In this document: positions 54,098-64,000 of the stretch, piece after piece
Layout: every line of letters begins with the position of its first letter
Position numbering within the stretch: position 1 is the first letter of the stretch
Source of the DNA: Octopus sinensis
Lineage: Eukaryota
Length of the DNA: 64,000 bases
Reading direction: 5' to 3'
Assembly: GCF_006345805.1 (NCBI RefSeq)
Contig: NC_043002.1
Span: 28,148,001 to 28,212,000, forward strand
Made by a program: the position numbers and the translations under genes
Notes under the pieces: generated by a model
Told to the model about the DNA's origin: nothing
What the model saw: the letters and a program-made list of their open reading frames with translations, nothing else
Database searches by the model: none

Positions 54098-54188
54098 TTT
54101 TAGTACAATTGTTTCATACAAAGACAGGCTTTATTAAAAGCTGCAAATATTGCAGCAAATACAAGTGTCCCGTACTCATCAGCTAAAA
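54098..54188 (-). ncRNA. Minimal type I hammerhead ribozyme, PLE pLTR type
   Basis: TTTTAG-CTGATGA-GTAC...GTAT-GAAAC-AATT-GTA-CTAAAA. Six-bp stem I, intact core, palindromic loop 3 and GUA cleavage triplet. Confidence 0.8.
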
Positions 54189-54656
54189 CACATATGAGTT
54201 CTCCAAACATCTTAGTGGGTGAGGCTACACTCATGAAGTATCGGAGATAATTTTATAAAAAGCAAATTCAGGTTGTAAGCGGACTTCCAAAGTTCTTTAA
54301 TGATGATGCACAGTCTTATCACAGGTTTTAAAAAAGCTTATTAGCTTCACAGAGAAGATGAATCAATCCATAATGTAGGTGCAAATTTCCAGAGATATGA
54401 GGAGATATTTCATACTCACAGACGATGAATCCATCCATGATTAATCCACAATGAGGTGGGTATAATTTCATGCTATATGATAAGATACTTGTCACACTAC
54501 TGTTCCCTTCACAAAACTGCTATGTTAGAATTTCTAAAAGCTGAAGGAATTTTGTGGAGCAAAGAAAAGAAAAGAAAAGAAAAAAGAAAAGAAAAAAAGA
54601 AAAGAAAGAAAGAAAAAGAAAAAGAAGAGGAGGACTCATATATATATGACTCATAT

Positions 54657-54804
54657 AAAATTTAACGTATATACCCATAGTATACTTGGAACTTACTGAT
54701 ATCCGTGAAAGACTGGAAGGTCAACTGCAAAGTTAGAAACCTCCAGGAAGGCCTTGGAGGTAATGAGAACGTTGTTGGTTCTTTCTAATTTAAGATTTTG
54801 GTTC
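54657..54804 (-). repeat. Right arm of 148-bp inverted duplication
   Basis: Reverse complement of 52950-53097 with one mismatch. Confidence 0.95.
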
Positions 54805-54850
54805 TGTTGTTTAGTCCTCATATATATATATGTATATACATATATATATA

Positions 54851-54894
<44 letters not shown>

Positions 54895-55453
54895 AGAGAG
54901 TGTGTGTGTGTGTGTCTGTGTTTGCCCCCCACCATTGCTTGACAATCGATGGTGGCGTGTCTGCTTCCCCGTATCTTAGCGGTTTGACAAAAAGAGACCG
55001 ATAGAATAAGTACCAGGCTTACAAAGAATAAGTCCTGGAGTCGAATTGTTCGACTAAAGCGGTGCTCCAGCATGGCTGCAGTGAAATGACTGAAACAGAT
55101 AAAAGAACCTTTTTCTCCTTTTTTCAAGTCTTTTCGCCTTTATGTCAGGAAGGCACATAAATACACATGGAGAAATCCTCATGTTTGGGTCGTCAGTATC
55201 ATAACACCATCCTATATTAATTATGAATCATAAAGAGGTTATTTAGTTTGCATCGAATCTGAATATTTGTTAATGTAATCTGCTTTCAAGGTTTTTCGTT
55301 TATAAAATGATTGTAAGATGACAATTAAGTATTTTTTTTTAAAGATTTTCTAGTTTTGTTTTTCTCAATATATTGAGATCGAGAGGGTATTTACTAGAGA
55401 GGAAAAAGTGTAAAAAATAAATCTATAATTGACAAAAGCAAGAAAATATATGC

Positions 55454-56401
55454 AAGTAGAAATACAAAACAAAACTACAGAAACAAGTGCAAATTGTGTC
55501 ACCATTTTAATATCTCCACTACTATTATCATTACTGTAGCTCTACTTGCTCTCACGACATGCTAGAAATAGCAACCAAACTTCCCTTGAGTTACTGCGAA
55601 CCGTCTTAAACTTATGCATTAATGTAGTTCTGGATTCACTTGACATAAGAAAACGACAAGATGGTCACAGCTGGATTGCTTTTGATCGAAAGTTTTCTAT
55701 CTCAGAGTGAATGTGTTGTTAAACAACCATTATAATTCTTTCACTACCAGAATAACCACTCTCCAAGTCCTAAGTCGGTAGGAGAAAAAGTGGTAGTCGG
55801 TAGGAGAAAGGTCTGGGGAATAAGCTGGGTGGGGAGAAACTTGGTAGCCAAGTTCCCTCAACTTCTGGAGCGTCATTAGTGCAATGTGTATTTGAGCATG
55901 GTCATGAAGAATGATTGTCCCTTTTCTATTGACCAGTCTGGGATGGAGGAGTAACATTTTTTCGTTCATTTGAACAATTTCATGGCAATATGTTTCTGCA
56001 GTAATGGTTATAGTGGATGAGTCCAGCAGTACTCAACCAAACAATCACCATAACCTTCTTTTTGAAGAACTCGGGTTTAGGGAAGTAGAAATACAAAACA
56101 AAACTACTGAAACAAGTGCAAATTGTGTTACCATTTTAATATCTCCACTACTATTATCATTCTGTAACTCTACTTGCTCTCACGACATGCTAGAAATAGC
56201 AACCAAACTTCCCTTGAGTTACTGCGAACCCTCTTAAACGTATGCATTAATGTAGCTCTGGATTCACTTGACATAAGTAAACGACAAGATGGTCACAGCT
56301 GGATTGCTTTTGATCGAAATTCTTCTCTCTCAGAGTGAATGTGTGGTTAAACAACCATTATAATTCTTTCACTACCAGAATAACCACTCTCCAAGTCCTA
56401 A
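55454..56401. repeat. About 320-bp direct repeats (55454-55773 and 56083-56401)
   Basis: Colinear AAGTAGAAATACAAAAC...CCAAGTCCTAA with scattered mismatches. Confidence 0.92.
55774..56082 (-). mobile_element. mariner transposase internal fragment
   Basis: KKVMVIVW...GLIHY, IILHDHAQIH and HPAYSPDLSPTDYHFF. Confidence 0.88.
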
Positions 56402-56802
56402 AACTCCACCTTCCTCCATCACTACATACACCCAACCACTCCTACATCATCTCCACCACCAACATTATCATTATCACTGACTACCATCGACCACCACAAC
56501 CAAAACCAGTTCCTCCACTATCATATTCACGACCACCGCAACAACTACCACCAACATTGTCACGACCACCACAGCCACACCCACCACCACCACACCCATC
56601 CCATCCCATCCCAGTACAGTGAGTCTCTTCAGAATTTATAGCTAATAATTGAACAGTGCTAACTAATTAAACACCATTACTTTGTGTGTGTGTATTTGTG
56701 AGAGAAAGAGAGGGAGAAGGAGAGAGAGAAAGAGAAATAGGAGAAGCAAGCAAAAAGGAAAACAGATAGAGAGAAACAAAGGGTGATACAAATAAATGAA
56801 AT

Positions 56803-56837
<35 letters not shown>

Positions 56838-57149
56838 GGAGTTTGACAGGTGAGGGTTGTTCCTTAGAAGAACGTCAGGCAAACCCCATTAAGAGATGGG
56901 GAATGTCGCTAAGTCAATTGTTGGTCCACTTGCCAAGTGTGGCACTAAATATTATCATGATGGTGTGAGAGAACTTCTCATAATTCTTCATCAATACAGT
57001 CTTCTCTCTATTTATCAATGTCAAAATTTACTCGCCTTTTTTGCGCGCGCGCGTGTGTATGTGTGTGTGTGTGGAGGGGGGGGGGGGCCTCTGTATATGA
57101 ACGGATGCGGGAGAGTAAATGTGGGGTTTGTGTAACGACGACAACGCTA

Positions 57150-57398
57150 ACAACGACAACCAGAACTACAACTACAACAAATAGCTGCGATATCCAGAGC
57201 GATACCTGCTACAGCAACAGTATAAACCTGACACATCTCTTCTGTGTCATTCATCAAACCAATACCATCATCATCGACGTCAACGTCGCCACCACAGCCA
57301 CCCGCCACCGCCGTCGCCCTTGTCATCCACGTTGTCGCCGTATTCATCATCATCATCATCATCATCCACGTTGTCGCCGTATTCATCATCATCATCAA

Positions 57399-57447
<49 letters not shown>

Positions 57448-57539
57448 GTCGTCGTCGTCATCATCATCATCATCATCATCGTCGTCGTCGTCATCATCAT
57501 TATCATCATCATTATCATCATCATCATCCTCATCATTAC

Positions 57540-57579
<40 letters not shown>

Positions 57580-58047
57580 GTCATTATCATTGTCATCATC
57601 TATCATCATCACCTGCGTCATTGTCATCACCTGTGTCGTCGTCGTCGCCTTCATCATCGTCATTATCATTATGTTCATCAGCATCCAGAAATGGCCTGAG
57701 CTCTTTGCATGAACACCACCCTGAACACCACTCCATGTCCCCCTACATGGCCTTGCTTTTTGCTTTTTGAGCCAAAAAATTAACTTAACTTAACTTATCC
57801 ACTAGTTGTAGTTGCCATCATCCTCATCATCGACGTCGTCGTCGCCACCACCGCCACCGCCACCGGCATCGCCATCGTCCTTGTCATCGACGTTGTCGTC
57901 GTATTTATCATCATCTCACCACTATCCGAGTATCATCATCATCATCTTCACCGTCATCATCTATCATCATCACCTGTGTCATTGTCATCACTTGTATCGT
58001 CGTCGTCGCCTTCATCATTGTCATTATCATCATGTTCATCAACTTGC

Positions 58048-58084
<37 letters not shown>

Positions 58085-58130
58085 GATGTCGTCATCGTCT
58101 CCATCATCATCATCACTCGCAAAACAAACG
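57150..58130. repeat. (CAT)n/(CGT)n low-complexity tract with an internal duplication of about 90 bp
   Basis: 57590-57680 recurs at about 57950-58040. Confidence 0.85.
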
Positions 58131-58615
58131 ACAGCTAGAAGGTCGCTGAAACGGCTGTGTGGTAAGGAAATAAAATTCCTGATGTAATTTTCGGCTTCGA
58201 TCTCACAGCACCGCCACTAAAGCTTCTGTGTATAATGATACTGCTGGTAACAGTTGTTGCTGTTTTACCCTTGGCTCAGCTACCTATGATGAAAGCAATG
58301 GCGAACATAGTTAATCCCATCATTCTAGGAATATTTACCAAATGTAATTTCATTTTTCTAAGTCTGCAGACATGATTTGAGAACGATTTAGGTTCTGCAT
58401 CTACGGGTAATTCTAGCAATATATCTTCTATGTGGTCACCGTTCATATAACTACACCTGTGCCGTTGGCGATTTCTTTTTCTTCTTTGCAATTTCACCTT
58501 TCTACTTTCTGACAAAGAGCTATACTTGAAACGTCAAACTTTCTCTTTTACCGAGCGCCAAGCTAATACATTCCTTATGCACATCCTCATGTTGTCCGTT
58601 TTTTTTTGAATTGAC

Positions 58616-58662
<47 letters not shown>

Positions 58663-58677
58663 ATATTAATGCATGTA

Positions 58678-58710
<33 letters not shown>

Positions 58711-58789
58711 TGTATATGTACACAATACATGTTGTTTTAGAATTGAAAGGGTTGAGAGATCAGATTATAACACTATGCTCTTCCAACAA

Positions 58790-59630
58790 GATTTTTCATT
58801 ACCTCGTTGGTAGAAATCACCCGATTTTGACTCGAAAAATTGATCCAACCAAGCTCTCAATTCTGCATCAGTATTGAACGAAACTCCGCGCATAGCATTT
58901 GAAAGAGATCGAAAGAGGTGGAAATCCGTTGGTGTCAAATCAGGAGAGTACGGCGGGTGTGGCAGCACTCTCCAGCCATGCGTTTGAATGGCTTACTTGG
59001 TGATATGAGGGCGGGTGGTACCGTGCAGCTGAAGAACTCCATGCTGAAGATTAGGTCTTTTCTCTTGAATAGCCGTGTTCAGTCGTTCCATCTGTTGAGC
59101 ATAGAGTTCCGCGTTAACCGATTGGTTCCGTTCAAGCAATTCGTAATGAATAGTCCCTTTCCAGTCCCACCATAAGCACAACATCGTTTTACGCGGAAGA
59201 AGATTTTGTTTCATGCGCGGTGTCACTTGTTTACCGGGGGTAAGCCATTCCTTACGCTGCTTCATATTGATGTACAGGCACCGTTTTTCATCGCCAGTAA
59301 CGATTCAGTAAAGAAATCATTGTTTGTGTCCATGAGCTAAGCGGTGACGAGCAAGCAAACCAGCGGAGATTGTGGTTCGTTGATTTTTGTTGTCACTCAA
59401 AGGATGCGGAACCCATGCTCCATGCTTCTGAACTTTTCCATCGGGTGAAGATGCTTCTCTATAGCAGTGTAGAAGCATTCCATTTTCTCTGCCAGTTCCC
59501 TTGTTGTTTGACGAGAATTTTCGTGCAAAAGTTGGTTTAATCGCTCTTCATCGAACTTAACTGGACGGCCAGTACGAGGTGCGACTTTGAGGTCAAAATT
59601 TCCATTTTTGAACTTGGCATACCAATCGGA
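58790..59630 (-). mobile_element. mariner transposase, decayed and 5' truncated
   Basis: PRTGRP, TTRELAEK, MLCLWWDWKGTIHYELL and LPHPPYSPDLTPTDFHLFRSL. Confidence 0.92.
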
Positions 59631-60292
59631 CCCTAACTTTAGAACGCTCGATTAGCTATTGTTATTCATGAGGTAAATAGATAGACATTCCTTTTGATTT
59701 ATGTTTGAAATGTAAAAACAGCAAACAAGGGAGATAATTCCAAATCAAGTAACAATTATACACACACACACACACACATATATATACTGCCTCTCTCCGT
59801 GTTGCTCAATATAATAATGTACACAGTTAAGTTGGTGTGCGGCAACTCACGATTTAGTTGTTACCATTGCTCTTATTTGATATGTTTTATGGTTTTTGTG
59901 GTTGTTACATTTGCTACTACTGCTCTTTAGCAGCAAATCAGGTTGTACTACTCCATGATCAAAGTCATTCCAAACATAACAATTCCATTGATACATGTCC
60001 TTCTGTTTTAGTTAGAAGATGTGGTGTAACGGAGCTATATCTAACAGATCAAGTGACCACATAGAAGTTCCCTCGTTTATTTGGCTGTCATTCAGGTTGC
60101 TCTTTTTCATCATTACTGTCATTACTTTTCTGATTCGTCATCATTGACGCCATTCTCATTGAGAATGTCCTTGTTCGATTCGTTGGGGTTGTTGTTATTT
60201 CTCTTCTTACTGATACAATCTGTTTTGATGTTACTATCACGGTCATTATTATTGTTGTTGCTATTGTTGTTGTTGTTGTTGTTGTTGTTGTT

Positions 60293-60323
<31 letters not shown>

Positions 60324-60343
60324 TTATTATTATTATTATTTAT

Positions 60344-60374
<31 letters not shown>

Positions 60375-60887
60375 TAATAATAATAATAATAATAGTAATA
60401 ATAATAATGTTTTGTAGTCATTAGTTTGTTTGTTTTTGTTCTCTCTTTTTCTCCCTTGCCTTTTCCCTTCAGAAACAAACATCCATTTTCTTCCGTAATT
60501 TCTTGAAATCATAAAAGAATGTCTCAAATTTAGCTAACATATTTTTTGTTCTATTTTAATTTCTTTTTTCCATTAATTTAATATATTTGAAAAAAAGATA
60601 ACGAAAAGAAAAACTTAACAAACCCCACCAAAAAAAGTTATTTATTTATTTATTTTAAAGCACAAATTAAATAACTATATAACAACAAAAATTCAAGATA
60701 TAAATACATAAAATTTTAGTTTTCAATGAAATTATATGTGCTGGGAATTTTAAATGAATGAGATTTCTGCAAAGGGAAGGAGAAGTAATGAAAGAAATAG
60801 AGATACAGAGGGAAAATGAAAAAAAAAGTGTACAAATATAATAGATAAATAAATAAATGATTTGAAAGAGTGTGTGTGTGAGTAACG

Positions 60888-60938
<51 letters not shown>

Positions 60939-61256
60939 TGTTGTTTGTGTGTTTGTACGTGTGTGTAACGAAGAAAAAATTTTAAATGGATATTTTTTAT
61001 TTGTGTGTTATTTGTTTTTAGTTTTAATTTATTTTATTTTTATCAATTTCTTTGTGAAAAAAATATGGAAATAAGAAAATTAACAAATAGATATACATGC
61101 ATGTGTGTGTATATGTATATATGTATACGTGTATATATATATATATATAATATATAATATATATGTATGTATAATATATACACATATATATATATATACA
61201 CATATACATATACATATACACACATGCACACGCACACTACATATGCTGTATATATA

Positions 61257-61290
<34 letters not shown>

Positions 61291-62402
61291 TGTATATATG
61301 TGTTTGAATGTGAGTGTGTCTGTATAAGTGCATGTGGGGGTTGTGTGTATGAATGTATGTGTAGGATAGTGTATAAATTTTGAAATACCATAATGAAAAA
61401 TTTTAAATGACTGAAATTTGTGTATATGTTAACCTAACTTTGTATGTACGTCTTTTTCACAACGCTGAGAAAAAGAAAAAAAAAAGCCAATTCACTCATC
61501 CCCTACAACCCTAAAAAAACACGTTTCAAACCTTGCCACACACCTTAAACAACAATAGCAACAAGAACAACAATTAATGTAGCAGCACCAATATGCCAAC
61601 AACAAAACAATAACACCAACCCATAATAGCGATGAATTAAGCAATTGCAAATGTGCCAAGATAATAAACTAATGTAGTTGCATTCTCCCTTTAAAATTAT
61701 TGTTATAAAGGTGAGGGGCGAATGAAAAAGACACACGTCATGATACGTAACGTTACATTGTACATCACACATATACACATTGCACTTGTACATAAATTCC
61801 TATACATTAATATATAACCCTCACTTTCACTTTCTGTGAATATATATATATATATATATACTTTTATTCGTTTCAGTCATGCGGCTGCCGTCATGCTGGA
61901 GCAGCACCGTGATGTTGAACTTTTACGTATGATTCTTCTTTGACTGATTTCTTCACGATGGTGGGATCTCATATCACCATTCGTGTATTTCCTTTTGTGG
62001 TGGCTGTTGACCCATTTGGTGTATGAGTAAGTTTGATATCGCTGCCCTCATTTAAAACAAATCTATTGTGAGCCAGTATAAATTTAAATAAAGAAGTATT
62101 ATTACCGTTATTTATGAAAATAATAAGTTGGCTAGTGATAATGATTATATTAAGGTGAGTTACTGGTGGTTTTGGGGCGATGGCTCCGATTATAGCAAGT
62201 GGTATTTAAATACCCTACTAAATCTAAATTTAGTTTATATTTTGCCTATAAAGGTGTAAACTTGCTAGCCACATTACTGTTGTCATTAATAATGGTAATA
62301 ATACTCCTTTTTGTGTGTGTGTGTGTGTGTGCATATATATCGTCAGTAAATCATAAATCCGAAAGAGAAGCACTCTCTAAGTTATAGGGTAGTAGAGAAA
62401 TT

Positions 62403-62946
62403 AAAGATAATTATGGCCGGTTTATGAGGTTACCCAGAATTTCACGTCCACAACGCGCCTAGATTTGCAGCGTCTCTTCAGTTCCTAATTCTATACTGGC
62501 TACAACCTCTCTTCAAAGTGGAGATGGAAAAGACCTTGTGACTAGTTGTTGAACACACAAACAAAGAAGGGTTAAGGGGAAAGTATTGTCTCCCTTAGAC
62601 CGCTATCTGTTTTCGACCCGGTCGGTTTCTGGGTCTCAGAACTTCCGTAGGAATCTCCTGAAGTCTAAGCACGCTCCGAAATCTTCCATCCTGAAATTTA
62701 CAATGTACCCCGGGCCCAGGAATTCTTTAATATTCTCGCCCGTTCAGCTATGCACAGGTTGCAGCGCTTGCTCCCATTGATGTATGGACCCGGTTTTTCT
62801 AAGATCTTCCATGTAGTCTTTTCTCCTCTACTTTGAAGAGAGGTTATAGGCCACCGGCAATTTAAGTCTGAAGAGACGCTGCAAAGCTAAGCGCTTTATG
62901 GACGTGAATTCCTGAGTAACCCCAGAGAGCGGCCATAACTATCTTT
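62403..62946 (-). mobile_element. Penelope-like GIY-YIG C-terminal fragment between inverted pLTR-like arms
   Basis: Minus strand reads WKILEKPGPYINGSKRCNLCIAERARIL then NFRMEDFGACLDFRRFL. Arms at 62403-62534 and 62816-62946. Confidence 0.75.
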
Positions 62947-64000
62947 ATCGAATTATATTAATTGTAATAAAGGGTAAAAATCATGAATGATTTTACCAGG
63001 GGGTCAGCGCGGAATTAAAAACCTTATAGGTAAATTTTACAAATATTTTAATAACCATATACATTATTATAAAAAGGGATTGGCTATAAGCCTCTCAACG
63101 CGCTAGAAAAATAGACGCCAAAAGACGCTATTACCACATTTAAAACTCCGAAAAATAAAATATGGGCTGTAGTTGAGCAAAAGAAATATTATGAATTAAG
63201 CTTTTGGTTAACCGTGTACAAGACCCTGTTTCAATCTTAAAGTAAATATAAGGAGAATTCACAAAAAACAAAAGACGAAGACAGGTGGTGTAGACAACAA
63301 ACAGATGTATTAATTTAAGGCTCGGGAAGTGAAAAAGTTTTTAACGTTTCGAGCCTACGCTCTTTCACAGAAAGGAACACCGAAAGAAACAAGGAGAGAA
63401 AATAAAGACTGTGTAGTGGCTAGCGATCTATCATGGCAATTGCCGGATAGAGGGGTCACACAGGAGATCTAGGAAGAAGAGGAGATAATAAAGTATATAT
63501 ATATATATATTTATTTTGATTTCTCGTATTGTATTTTATTTCTCGTTTTGTATTTTCTTGTACATGTATTTTTAATTTTGTATTTTTATCTTGCATTTTA
63601 TTGTGCAGTTCTATTGTTACGTCCCTTTTTGTGTTACATTTTTTTCGTGCTTGTTTTACCCCTCTGCGAGGTTATTTTATTTTAATTCTCTCGCAGGAAG
63701 GCTTAGTATTGACGAGTCGTGTCCTGACTTGCCTTCGAAACACGCTAAGTCTACTAGTGACAGCTGATGAAGGGGATTTTTCCTTGTGTGGCATGTCCTG
63801 TACGTTGTTTTTCTGTTGTAAATAATGTTTTTCCCGTTTTCGTTCTCGTCCTGTTCCACGTCTCTGTCCTTCTGTTGTAACAAAATGGCTTTTCCGTTTT
63901 CGTTTCTGTTGAGTTTTACGTCTCTTTGTGGTGTCCTGTACGTATATATATTTATATATGCATGTATATATACATGTAGATGTCGGTACGTACATATATG

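Larger units (their letters stand above)
53780..55105 (+). mobile_element. Family 2 SINE split by about 950 bp of inserted sequence
   Basis: Head at 53780-53935 and tail at 54905-55105. Confidence 0.7.

Noticed and set aside
57018-57770. 250-aa poly-His ORF and overlapping poly-Asp/Ser/Met ORFs
   Set aside because: (CAT)n low complexity that is open in most frames, with no domain or splice support.

Overview
This is eukaryotic, microsatellite-saturated DNA. Its SINE families, (TA/CA/TATG)n load and decayed transposon set suggest a coleoid cephalopod, probably Octopus (inference from sequence style, no database search). No intact host protein-coding gene can be supported. Nearly all six-frame ORFs are microsatellite artefacts or broken transposon ORFs. 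Recognisable content: two tandem R4/Dong-like LINEs at a (TAA)n array, a third RLE-LINE fragment, a CR1/L2-group LINE, RTE fragments, several Penelope-like elements (PLEs), Helitron, hAT-Buster and mariner remnants, an orphan gag-like ORF, and four tRNA-derived SINE families. Most notable, all folded by eye: (i) a near-canonical minimal type I hammerhead ribozyme at 54098-54188 with a co-varying homologue at about 20.5 kb and further hammerhead-like relics, (ii) an HDV-like ribozyme fold heading a short RTE-5'UTR-like element at 23071-23128, (iii) a LINE and SINE sharing a 3' stem-loop with compensatory changes, and (iv) a 147/148-identical inverted duplication covering a candidate micro-exon. 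Element boundaries are approximate unless exact motifs are quoted.
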